Virus record (IMG/VR): IMGVR_UViG_3300015249_000001
Coordinates: 1-64,000 of that record
Length of the DNA stretch: 64,000 nt
From: a virus
Reading direction: 5' to 3' (one strand)
Part shown: positions 42,394-50,301 of the stretch, piece after piece
Position numbering within the stretch: position 1 is the stretch's first letter
Layout of the letters: each line of letters begins with the position of its first letter
The notes under the pieces: generated by a model
What the model was told of the DNA's origin: nothing
The model's input: the letters and a program-made list of their open reading frames with translations, nothing else
Databases searched by the model: none
Position numbers and translations under genes: made by a program

Positions 42394-43852
42394 AAAGTTG
42401 CAAGCGCTCACCCCAGAACAAGAGGCCGCAATGCCGGGGTGGGCTGAGAAGTGGATAAACATAGGGCTTTGCACCGATGAGGCGGATTGGGAGGTGTCAA
42501 AGCAGGCCATAGCTGAGTGTTATGCCCTTGCTGGGCTGGAACCCCCTAAAAAGTACATCAAGGTGCAATCCCCCTTGGTGCTGGCGTTGGCCGCCCCAAC
42601 TGCTGATTTCATCTTGGGGTCCCTGCCCCAGGTCAGCCCTGTGGCCTTGGCAAGGGTTGGCGCTGTCAAAGAAGCCGTCAGCGGTGCCGTCAGCGCCGGC
42701 GTCAGGGATGCAGTCAACAACGCCGTCAGCGGTGCCGTCAGCGGCACCGTCAGGGATGCCGTCAGCGGTGCCGTCAGCGGTGCCGTCTTGTATGCCGTCA
42801 GCGGTGCCGTCAGCGGTGCCGTCTTGTATGCCGTCAGCGGTGCCGTCAGGGATGCCGTCAGGGATGCCGTCAGGGATGCCATCGTGGGTGCCGTCAGCGG
42901 TGCCGTCAGGGGTACCGTCATGGGTGCCGTCAGGGATGCCGTCAGGGGTGCCGTCAGCGGTGCCGTCAGGGATGCCGTCAGGGATGCCGTCAGGGATGCC
43001 GTGAGGGGTGCCGTCAGGGATGCCGTTAGCGGTGCCGTTGAGGGTGCCGTTTGGGATGCCACCGCTGATACCGTCAACGGTGCCGTGGGGGATGCCGTCA
43101 GGGATGCCGTTTGGGTTGCCGTCAACGGTGCCGTGGAGGGTGCCGTCTGGGATGCCGTTTTGGGCACCACCAAGGAGGGTGGGGTTAAAAACCCACTGGG
43201 CAAGCATATACAGGGAAATTGGGCCTATTACCTTGGTGGGCAGTCTTGGGCGGGCTGGAACTCCTTTGAATCCTTCTTCTTGGAAGTATGCCACTTAGGG
43301 ATACCGGATGAAATGAAGGCAAGGGCGGAGGCCTACAGGAAAGCCCAGTCTTCCTCTTTTTGGTGGTGGCCCCACAAGGATTTTGTGATGGTGTGCAACC
43401 GCCCCGTCAAGGTTAAACTAGAGGAAGGGCGCCTGCATTGTGCCGATGGTTTGGCCTTGCAGTGGCCAGATGGTTGGGGGATAGCTTCTTGGAAGGGCAC
43501 AGTCATACCTAACCAGTGGGTGTTGGGAGAAAAGCCCACAGCAGCAGAGTTGTTGCATTGGGAAAATGTTGAGCAAAGGCGGGCAGGGTTTGAATTGGTC
43601 GGGTGGGACAAGCTGTTATCCGAGCTGGACTACACCTTGGTTGATTCACACCCTAACCCGGAAATAGGAGATCTGATTGAGATAGATTTGCCGGACAGCG
43701 GCAAGGAACGTTTTATCAAGGTGATGTGCGGTACGGGAAGGCAGTTCGTCTTGCCCGTACCGCAGGAAATCCGCACCGTCATAGAGGCACAGGCATGGTC
43801 TTATGGGTTTGACCACCCACAAGATTTTTTATTACCAGAAGTGAGGACTTAA
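42383..43852 (+). CDS. A-V-x-x tetrapeptide-repeat protein
   Basis: 489 aa from ATG 42383 (dyad 42357-68 + AGGAGAAGGAA); 42 consecutive 4-residue units; globular Trp-rich C-terminal domain. Confidence 0.7.
   Translation: MGIKKLQALTPEQEAAMPGWAEKWINIGLCTDEADWEVSKQAIAECYALAGLEPPKKYIKVQSPLVLALAAPTADFILGSLPQVSPVALARVGAVKEAVSGAVSAGVRDAVNNAVSGAVSGTVRDAVSGAVSGAVLYAVSGAVSGAVLYAVSGAVRDAVRDAVRDAIVGAVSGAVRGTVMGAVRDAVRGAVSGAVRDAVRDAVRDAVRGAVRDAVSGAVEGAVWDATADTVNGAVGDAVRDAVWVAVNGAVEGAVWDAVLGTTKEGGVKNPLGKHIQGNWAYYLGGQSWAGWNSFESFFLEVCHLGIPDEMKARAEAYRKAQSSSFWWWPHKDFVMVCNRPVKVKLEEGRLHCADGLALQWPDGWGIASWKGTVIPNQWVLGEKPTAAELLHWENVEQRRAGFELVGWDKLLSELDYTLVDSHPNPEIGDLIEIDLPDSGKERFIKVMCGTGRQFVLPVPQEIRTVIEAQAWSYGFDHPQDFLLPEVRT
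42662..43165 (+). repeat. 42 tandem 12-nt units (consensus GCCGTCAGCGGT / GCCGTCAGGGAT)
   Basis: counted codon by codon: AVKE AVSG AVSA GVRD ... AVWD AVLG; in frame within 42383-43852. Confidence 0.9.
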
Positions 43853-43854
43853 AG

Positions 43855-44211
43855 ATGGAAAACGAAACAACATTTGTAAATGCAGCAGCCCAAGGGGACT
43901 TGTACCTGCAAAGGGTGGATGCTGTGCCCGAGGGCTTTGTAGCTACAAAGCCTGTAGAAAACAGATATGTAGTGGCTCACAGTGAGACCGGCCACCACCA
44001 TGTTGTGGAAGCAGAACCCGAAGTCAACTACTACACCGATCCGGGGGAACCTATGGTGGCCTACCTTGAAGTTAAAAAGATCGTTGGTGCTGCCCTGGAG
44101 CATTGCCGTGGCTTCGACACCCACAAGACACTGCGTATTCCCCAAGGCATTTTTAAGTTGTCCCGGCAACGGGAGTACACCCCCCAAGGCTGGAGAAGGG
44201 TACAGGACTGA
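43855..44211 (+). CDS. hypothetical protein
   Basis: 118 aa; GAGGA SD; GDLYLQRVDAVPEG...AHSETGHHHVV pattern seen in other phage orphans. Confidence 0.6.
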   Translation: MENETTFVNAAAQGDLYLQRVDAVPEGFVATKPVENRYVVAHSETGHHHVVEAEPEVNYYTDPGEPMVAYLEVKKIVGAALEHCRGFDTHKTLRIPQGIFKLSRQREYTPQGWRRVQD

Positions 44212-44238
44212 CCCCTTCGGGGGTTTCCGTTAAAGGTT

Positions 44239-44250
44239 TTGTAATTACAA
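44239..44250. promoter_or_regulatory. dyad TTGTAATTACAA (exact)
   Basis: 14 nt before ATG 44265 (ardC). Confidence 0.7.
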
Positions 44251-44264
44251 AGTGGAGAAAGACA

Positions 44265-45188
44265 ATGGCAAAGAAGACAACAACAACAAAGAAGGTTGAC
44301 CTCTACCAAGAGGTCACTGACAAATTGGTGGCTGAACTGGAAAAGGGCGTACGCCCTTGGATGAAGCCTTGGGACAATAGCATCGAAGGTGTGGGTGTGC
44401 TGCCCTTAAGGGCTAACGGTACACCTTACAAGGGCATGAATGTGCTGCTGTTGTGGGGGACGGCCTGTGCAATGGGCTACGACAACCCGACTTGGATGAC
44501 TTACAAGCAGGCCTCTGAGTTGAAAGGCCAAGTTAGGAAGGGAGAAAAAGGCACCCCTATCGTGTTCGCATCGACGTTCAGCAAAGAAGTCGAAGGCGTG
44601 GACAAGCCCCAGAAAATACCTTTCCTGCGGTCGTACACTGTGTTCAATATTGCACAGATTGACGGGCTGCCTGAGAAGTACCATACACCCAAGATGCCGG
44701 TGCAAAAACCTGTCATGGAAAGGTTTGATGCCTATGACAAGTTCATAGGCAATACATTTGCCCATGTCAAGGAAGGCGGCAACAGGGCTTACTACAGCCC
44801 TGTTACCGACCATATCCAACTGCCCCCGATTGCAGCCTTCAAGTCCCCCTTGGGGTATGCCGCTACTGGCCTGCATGAGTTGACCCATTGGACTAAGCAC
44901 CCAGCAAGGCTCGACCGGGATTACGGCAAGAAGAACTGGGGGGATGAAGGCTACGCAATGGAAGAGTTGGTGGCTGAAATCGGTTCAGCTTTCCTTTGCG
45001 CCAGTATTGGCCTTGCGCCGGAGGTGCAGGAGAACCATGCGGCGTACCTGAAAAGTTGGTTGCGGGCACTCAAGGATGACAAGAAGTTCATCTTCTCGGC
45101 TGCCAGCGCAGCCCAAAAGGCGGCTGATTTCCTGTGGGAAATGCAGCCGGGGTATGTAAAACCAGTGGAAGAAAAGGAGGCTGCGTGA
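44265..45188 (+). CDS. ardC: ArdC-like antirestriction protein (ssDNA-binding N-domain + zincin metalloprotease)
   Basis: 307 aa; PWMKPW, PYKGMNVLLLW, WMTYKQASELKGQVRKGEKG (DUF1738-type) and HELTHWT, EELVAEIGSAFL metalloprotease part; exact cassette upstream. Confidence 0.85.
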   Translation: MAKKTTTTKKVDLYQEVTDKLVAELEKGVRPWMKPWDNSIEGVGVLPLRANGTPYKGMNVLLLWGTACAMGYDNPTWMTYKQASELKGQVRKGEKGTPIVFASTFSKEVEGVDKPQKIPFLRSYTVFNIAQIDGLPEKYHTPKMPVQKPVMERFDAYDKFIGNTFAHVKEGGNRAYYSPVTDHIQLPPIAAFKSPLGYAATGLHELTHWTKHPARLDRDYGKKNWGDEGYAMEELVAEIGSAFLCASIGLAPEVQENHAAYLKSWLRALKDDKKFIFSAASAAQKAADFLWEMQPGYVKPVEEKEAA

Positions 45189-45427
45189 GTGTCCTAGCTG
45201 ACCTTGACGATGACGAGTTGGGGGACTTGTCCAGTATCACCGGCAACTACATTAACGGAAACCTTGCCACGGCCAAGCAGCAAGTGGCAAGGGGGGACTT
45301 TACACGACCTCAAGTAAGGGAGTATTTCCAAGAGGTCGCCGGGTACTCCTTTAAAAAGTCCACCTATACAGTGGACTGGCTATTTGGGGATGTGCAAAGC
45401 AGGCAGCCAGCCTTGGATTGCGATTAA
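45185..45427 (+). CDS. hypothetical protein
   Basis: 80 aa from GTG 45185 (GTGA overlap with ardC stop). Confidence 0.45.
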   Translation: MSVLADLDDDELGDLSSITGNYINGNLATAKQQVARGDFTRPQVREYFQEVAGYSFKKSTYTVDWLFGDVQSRQPALDCD

Positions 45428-45431
45428 TTTT

Positions 45432-45443
45432 TTGTAAGGACAA
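45432..45443. promoter_or_regulatory. dyad TTGTAAGGACAA (1 mismatch)
   Basis: 12 nt before ATG 45456. Confidence 0.55.
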
Positions 45444-45455
45444 AAGGAGAAAGAC

Positions 45456-45797
45456 ATGGTGTACGAACTTAAAATGAACGAGGGACGGTTGCAAATGGTG
45501 GAGACACTGCCGGTGGTGGTGGTGGATGTGCCTGTGGACGTATTTTGCAGGAAGCTGGATGCCAGGAGCTATGACTCCAACCCTAACCTTTACCTGGGCA
45601 GGAGGATACACCTGCAAGACTGCTTGAAGCTGGTGCTTAAGGCCAACCCAGAGTTGTTGCCTAAGCCTTTCAAGTTGCGGTGTACGGGCTATGGTCAAGT
45701 GGCTTTTGTGGAGTCCCAAGGTAAGCCTGTGGACTTGGATGCCTTCTTCCACAAGTTGAGGGCTTGTTTAAAATCAATGAATAAGGAGCAAGGATGA
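45456..45797 (+). CDS. hypothetical protein
   Basis: 113 aa; dyad 45432-43 + GGAGAAAGACATGG. Confidence 0.6.
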   Translation: MVYELKMNEGRLQMVETLPVVVVDVPVDVFCRKLDARSYDSNPNLYLGRRIHLQDCLKLVLKANPELLPKPFKLRCTGYGQVAFVESQGKPVDLDAFFHKLRACLKSMNKEQG

Positions 45798-46234
45798 ACA
45801 CGCAAGCACTCCTAGACAGGATGGCTTCTGAGTCCGCTGAGTTTGACAGCGCGCTTAAAGCTTTGGGCGTCAAAGCCCTTGAAGAAGACAAGAACCCTAT
45901 ATTCTTACGTTCTTTGACTGTCTGTATGTCAGCAGTCATATGTACCATGCAGGATAGAGTCAAAGCCAAAGATACGGTAGTGGCCTTTCTGGAAAACTTT
46001 TTTGAAGACCCTATAGGTGGGTTGGGGCTGGCCAAGGTGGGTTCCAAGGCCAAGTACGGTGCCCTGCAGGGTGGGATTTTCCACAAGGCCAGGGAAAGCC
46101 AGGAACCTGATCTGCCTTGGCAGGCCTTACCTGCCGTCTTAGCCACCGCATTGGTGCTTGAAGGTAAAGGGGTGGCGGAATTGGAAGGGTTGGTAGACGC
46201 TACCAACAAATATTTGCAACTATTGGAGGAGTGA
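45794..46234 (+). CDS. hypothetical protein
   Basis: 146 aa; AAGGAG SD; ATGA overlap. Confidence 0.6.
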   Translation: MNTQALLDRMASESAEFDSALKALGVKALEEDKNPIFLRSLTVCMSAVICTMQDRVKAKDTVVAFLENFFEDPIGGLGLAKVGSKAKYGALQGGIFHKARESQEPDLPWQALPAVLATALVLEGKGVAELEGLVDATNKYLQLLEE

Positions 46235-46767
46235 TGGCAACCCAGACAAAACAAAAGCTAATCTGTCCTGACGGCAAGGTCAGGACGTGCGTAGTCACAG
46301 ATACATATGCCAGGGTGCAGGTAAAAGGCCTGTGTGTGTCCGGTTCGGTGGAGGAGGGTAAGTTTGTGCCTTGGGAGCACACCCCAAACCGGGGTGTGTT
46401 CTCTGCCCTCTATGTCACTAGGCGGGGTTACTTGTCAGGTGAAAAGAAATACCTACTGGACCCAACCCAACCTGAAAACAAGCCTGTGGAGGTGTTGACC
46501 TTAAAGGACGTGCAGGATTCCGAGGGGGAGATAATGCTCGTGCCCCTGGAGGTGGGGGCAGTAGCTAAGGCATTGCACCTTTACTCCAGTGCAGTCGATA
46601 CCCCCTTCAACTTGAACAAGGTCAGGCTCGGCTTGTGCAAGCTGCATAAGTTGAAGCCTTGTAGTGCGTTTTCCAGGGTGAGGGTGCGCCCTTGCCTGTC
46701 CTTGGACATGGAGGGGGACTGGTTGGGCGCCTTGGAAGAAATCATTGTACAGTTACAGAAGCCCTAG
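46231..46767 (+). CDS. hypothetical protein
   Basis: 178 aa; GGAGGAG SD; ATGA-type overlap. Confidence 0.6.
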   Translation: MMATQTKQKLICPDGKVRTCVVTDTYARVQVKGLCVSGSVEEGKFVPWEHTPNRGVFSALYVTRRGYLSGEKKYLLDPTQPENKPVEVLTLKDVQDSEGEIMLVPLEVGAVAKALHLYSSAVDTPFNLNKVRLGLCKLHKLKPCSAFSRVRVRPCLSLDMEGDWLGALEEIIVQLQKP

Positions 46768-46778
46768 GGGGTAAAGTT

Positions 46779-47045
46779 ATGTTTTATTATGCAGTTGAGT
46801 ATAAGTCAGGCAAGAGGACTACTTGGGGTATGCCCAATAAACACACGGGAAGGTTGTCCATAGCTTGTGACTTGAAACGTTTCCCTAGCAGGTCTAGTAG
46901 GGAGTCTTGGGTATTGAAGGGAAAGGTCACTGCGGATATGGCAGGGTCTTGTCGAGAGCCTGTTACTTTGGCGGAAGCTAAGAGGTTACACCGTGGGCTT
47001 GCGGGTGCTGAGTTTACTGAGTTTTTAAGGTCTCTGGTTACATAA
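46779..47045 (+). CDS. hypothetical protein
   Basis: 88 aa from ATG 46779. Confidence 0.5.
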   Translation: MFYYAVEYKSGKRTTWGMPNKHTGRLSIACDLKRFPSRSSRESWVLKGKVTADMAGSCREPVTLAEAKRLHRGLAGAEFTEFLRSLVT

Positions 47046-47051
47046 GTCTAA

Positions 47052-47081
47052 TTGACAAACTGTACAGTACTGTGCTACAAT
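47052..47081 (+). promoter_or_regulatory. sigma70-like promoter
   Basis: TTGACA, 18-nt spacer, TACAAT. Confidence 0.6.
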
Positions 47082-47087
47082 ATTAAC

Positions 47088-47127
47088 TGGTAAAAATTTG
47101 GGCCCGTCCATCGGACGGGTTATTTTT
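47088..47127 (+). ncRNA. candidate ~40-nt attenuated transcript
   Basis: region between promoter 47052-81 and terminator 47103-27. Confidence 0.3.
47103..47127 (+). terminator. intrinsic terminator
   Basis: CCCGTCC-ATC-GGACGGG followed by TTATTTTT. Confidence 0.65.
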
Positions 47128-47148
47128 GCCGGAATAAATAATCACTTT

Positions 47149-47160
47149 TTGTAATTACAA
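47149..47160. promoter_or_regulatory. dyad TTGTAATTACAA (exact)
   Basis: long form 47140-47161; 15 nt before ATG 47176 (GHKL ATPase). Confidence 0.7.
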
Positions 47161-47175
47161 ATTTGGAGAAAGACA

Positions 47176-48867
47176 ATGGCATTACCCGCAAACACAGGAA
47201 ATTTGGTGAAGTATTTGGAAAAAAGCTTCACCAACAAGACCACCTTCTTGACAGAAATGATGCAGAACGCAAGGAGGGCAAAGGCAACCTATGTTGCATT
47301 TAACCTCGATGAAGAAAATAACAAGCTAGTGGTCACGGACGACGGTGTAGGGATCACTGAGAAATCCCTGCTGTTCACCATCGCGGAGTCTGGCTGGGGC
47401 AACATGGAGGAGACGGCGGACGTGGTAAAAAACGAAGACCCGTTCGGTGTCGGCTTCCTGTCTGTATTGTTCGCTTGTAAAACTATCCTTGTGGAATCCC
47501 CAGGGTTCTCCCTGTTCGGCGAGACTAGCAGGATACTTGGTGAAAATGTGTTCCATAGGGAGGACTCCAGCGATGTGGGGGCAGGCACAAGGATAGAACT
47601 GCGTGGGTTGAAGGCGGACAAGTCCACTTTCCTCAAAGTGGTCAAGGAAGCCAGTAGGGGTTTCCCTATTGAAGTCCTTTTTGATGGCGTCCCAATGGAG
47701 CGCCCTTACGCCCTTGATATTGGCAAGTTTGAGGAGTGCCCAATGGGGCAGTGGTGGTGGAGGGAGAAGGACTACTCAAGATACCCACAGGTAGGATACT
47801 TTATCCAGGGGTTGCCAGTAGGGGTCAACACCTACAGCGCTACATCCCATCCACAGATAGTCGTCCACCTGGATTGTAAGCAGTATTCAGCCAGGGTACC
47901 CGACCGGGCGGTGCTGAATGATGCAGAGGCGGCTGCTAAAGCTGTACTTTCCTTCTATGAGCAACAAGTCAAGGAGCTGTTCATTAGGATGCTCGAAAAT
48001 AGCCCCTTAGAACTTTTACGGCATAGGGATACCCTCTATAGACACGGTTTGCTGCACCTGCTAAACACGGTACAGGCTTTGCCCAAAGACTTGTTGTGTT
48101 CTGTGCAAGACTTGCCTTATATGACAGAGGATTCCTGTGACCGAGATTGGCTAGTAACCAAAAAAGAGAGCTTTACCAGAGAAGACATCGCGTCAGGGCG
48201 AGTCAAGGTGTTCCACTTTAGCGATGACTATGAAATGGACGGCAGGCAGGACACAGCAGCCCGCTTGGCCTGGATAAGGCAAGCCCATGACACGGACAGC
48301 TCCTGTGACTATTTAGTCTATGACGGTGGCCTGGACTCAGGGCATTGGCTATACGACTACCTATTGGATGAGGACAGGATGGAAATGTCTGTGCTAGTGG
48401 GTAGTCAGACTTTCAAAGGCAAGTACCGCGGGGATACCTTGGGCACTTATGACTTGGTTATCTGTAAGTCCTACACCTTGCGTATGGAGTACGATTGGGA
48501 AGATGACCCCCGCAAGGAAGGGTTCCTTATGGATGTGCGGATTGATGATGAACCTTTGTTCTTGGCCAGTGAAGGGAATCTCTATACCCCTGGGAGAACC
48601 CACAGGCAAGACCTGTACAGCCTAATTAGGCAGATGGACAAGTTTTACAGCCAGGGTGACCAGCCCTTTGATGATGACCTAGTGTCCAAGGAGCTGACAA
48701 AGCTTAGCCAGTACATTTCCTTAAATTCTATGCAAGACCCTGCCCAAGCGTTGCTGTCTTTGATAGGCGGCCTGGACTTGTCCTTGTACCCAGGACTATT
48801 TGGCAAAGAGTTCAAGGTGGGGTTAAGTGGGGAAGGGCGACCTGTAGTCAGTGTGTTGAACACATAA
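47176..48867 (+). CDS. GHKL-family (Hsp90/MutL/MORC-type) ATPase
   Basis: 563 aa; Bergerat-fold motifs EMMQNARRA (motif I Asn), TDDGVGI (DxGxG), DPFGVGFLS (G-loop); exact cassette upstream. Confidence 0.7.
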   Translation: MALPANTGNLVKYLEKSFTNKTTFLTEMMQNARRAKATYVAFNLDEENNKLVVTDDGVGITEKSLLFTIAESGWGNMEETADVVKNEDPFGVGFLSVLFACKTILVESPGFSLFGETSRILGENVFHREDSSDVGAGTRIELRGLKADKSTFLKVVKEASRGFPIEVLFDGVPMERPYALDIGKFEECPMGQWWWREKDYSRYPQVGYFIQGLPVGVNTYSATSHPQIVVHLDCKQYSARVPDRAVLNDAEAAAKAVLSFYEQQVKELFIRMLENSPLELLRHRDTLYRHGLLHLLNTVQALPKDLLCSVQDLPYMTEDSCDRDWLVTKKESFTREDIASGRVKVFHFSDDYEMDGRQDTAARLAWIRQAHDTDSSCDYLVYDGGLDSGHWLYDYLLDEDRMEMSVLVGSQTFKGKYRGDTLGTYDLVICKSYTLRMEYDWEDDPRKEGFLMDVRIDDEPLFLASEGNLYTPGRTHRQDLYSLIRQMDKFYSQGDQPFDDDLVSKELTKLSQYISLNSMQDPAQALLSLIGGLDLSLYPGLFGKEFKVGLSGEGRPVVSVLNT

Positions 48868-48875
48868 CATAATTT

Positions 48876-48887
48876 TTGTAACAACAA
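48876..48887. promoter_or_regulatory. dyad TTGTAACAACAA (1 mismatch)
   Basis: 14 nt before ATG 48902. Confidence 0.55.
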
Positions 48888-48901
48888 ATAGGGAGAACAA
48901 G

Positions 48902-49744
48902 ATGGCAAATGAACAATGTGTAATTTTTAAAGGAGTCCGGGAGGATGGTTTAACCTACAGGACTAAGGTGTCCTGGAAGGACGGGTATTTTGCAATAAGT
49001 GACCACGGTAAGGCACTTAACTGGAGAGGGTTTCCCTGGGGCAAGCTGCAATTGGTGGATATATTCAAGACTCAATTGCCGATGCACTTTTGGGCTAACT
49101 CAAAGTACTTTTGGGGCAATAAAAACTTTAAAGCCTTGTCCAGCCTTATACCAGACATGACTGAGGCGCAAGTGGAAGCCTACTACAATACCAGCCCCAG
49201 GGGCAAGCCGGAAGATGAGGTCTATATAGAACTTATGGAACCGGCTGCCAAGAAATGGCTTTCTCTAGTGCAGGAGGCTTTCACTGCCTTGAAAGCCCAT
49301 GAAGGCCAAGAGGTTTGGTTGACTGAGCAGCCCAGCTTTACCGAGGGGGAGTGGATCGACATAGAAGGCTATGGCAAGCAACCTTGCGAGGTGCTTGGTG
49401 AAGACCCCATGTGGGTCCAAGTCGGGGACTGTGAGTTCAACTTGTTCCACAGCAAGGGAGAGGCTGGCAGGGCGGCCCGCCAGTATTGGGAGGACATGGC
49501 CAATAACGACCCAAAGGAGTTTGCGTTCATGATGGGGGAAGAGACCTTGGTGGCTTGGGGGATGAACGCATTGGCTGGCCCAGGAACGTCGAAGGTGCAC
49601 GGCCTGGAGGAGTGGCTGGACTTGTGGCTTGACACTCCCCATGAGCACTTTGCCAGCTATGACGGTGAGGAGTGCCAAGTCTTGGCTCACTCTCAGGGCT
49701 TGTCGGACATCGACCCTTTTACGGTTGCTTACAGGACTAATTGA
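48902..49744 (+). CDS. hypothetical protein
   Basis: 280 aa; dyad 48876-87 + GGGAGAACAAG before ATG. Confidence 0.6.
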   Translation: MANEQCVIFKGVREDGLTYRTKVSWKDGYFAISDHGKALNWRGFPWGKLQLVDIFKTQLPMHFWANSKYFWGNKNFKALSSLIPDMTEAQVEAYYNTSPRGKPEDEVYIELMEPAAKKWLSLVQEAFTALKAHEGQEVWLTEQPSFTEGEWIDIEGYGKQPCEVLGEDPMWVQVGDCEFNLFHSKGEAGRAARQYWEDMANNDPKEFAFMMGEETLVAWGMNALAGPGTSKVHGLEEWLDLWLDTPHEHFASYDGEECQVLAHSQGLSDIDPFTVAYRTN

Positions 49745-49745
49745 C

Positions 49746-49922
49746 ATGGGAAACTTTATTTTAGTCCTGCTTATTTGGCTTCCCTTGTCAGCCTTGGCCT
49801 GTACGGGTTTAATAAAGCCCTCCAACAACAATAAGGAAAGCCGCAATATTTATTGGTTGGGGGTGGCTGTGGGGATCTTGTGGCCACTGCTGATAGCCGT
49901 AATCATAGTTTACATTATGTAA
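49746..49922 (+). CDS. small two-TM membrane protein
   Basis: 58 aa from ATG 49746; MGNFILVLLIWLPLSALAC...GILWPLLIAVIIVYIM. Confidence 0.45.
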   Translation: MGNFILVLLIWLPLSALACTGLIKPSNNNKESRNIYWLGVAVGILWPLLIAVIIVYIM

Positions 49923-49938
49923 TGTACAATAGTATAAT
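49909..49938 (+). promoter_or_regulatory. sigma70-like promoter
   Basis: TTTACA, 18-nt spacer, TATAAT; overlaps end of previous small ORF. Confidence 0.5.
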
Positions 49939-49971
49939 GTACCTTCCCCCAAACATAACCCGGAGGTGTAA

Positions 49972-50268
49972 ATGTCACTGGATATAGTCCCAAAGATCCA
50001 GGAGCAGTTGTTGTTCATTGAAGAAAATGTGCGCCTATATGACGTAGGCCGTACAGATTGCATCGACCGGTATACGGCAGTGTTCATGCACAAGGTGGAC
50101 TTCAAGACCAAGAAGTTCACCTGCCTGTGCATGAGTGCCCATCCTTACGCCAACGATGGGGTCATTGTATCTACCCAAGGGCATCCGGGTAGGCATCTTG
50201 GCAAGAGGATAAGTTATGGCGACTTGCCGCAAGACTGCCAAAGGTTGCTGTGTGAAAGGCTTTTTTAA
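49972..50268 (+). CDS. hypothetical protein
   Basis: 98 aa; GGAGGTG SD. Confidence 0.6.
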   Translation: MSLDIVPKIQEQLLFIEENVRLYDVGRTDCIDRYTAVFMHKVDFKTKKFTCLCMSAHPYANDGVIVSTQGHPGRHLGKRISYGDLPQDCQRLLCERLF

Positions 50269-50275
50269 TTAATTT

Positions 50276-50287
50276 TTGTAATTACAA
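50276..50287. promoter_or_regulatory. dyad TTGTAATTACAA (exact)
   Basis: 14 nt before ATG 50302. Confidence 0.7.
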
Positions 50288-50301
50288 AGTGGAGAAAGAC
50301 A

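Noticed and set aside
42662-43165. Possible CRISPR-like array, considered for this repeat and for the repeats at 60390-60473
   Set aside because: The units are 12 nt long, contiguous and without spacers, and are in frame within coding sequences. No cas genes are present.
42497-43294. Minus-strand ORFs of 265 aa and 227 aa, plus a plus-strand alternate-frame ORF, across the 12-nt repeat array
   Set aside because: These are an artefact of the tandem repeat, in which every frame and strand stays open. The sense frame is the only one continuous with non-repetitive N- and C-terminal domains and with a cassette-type start.
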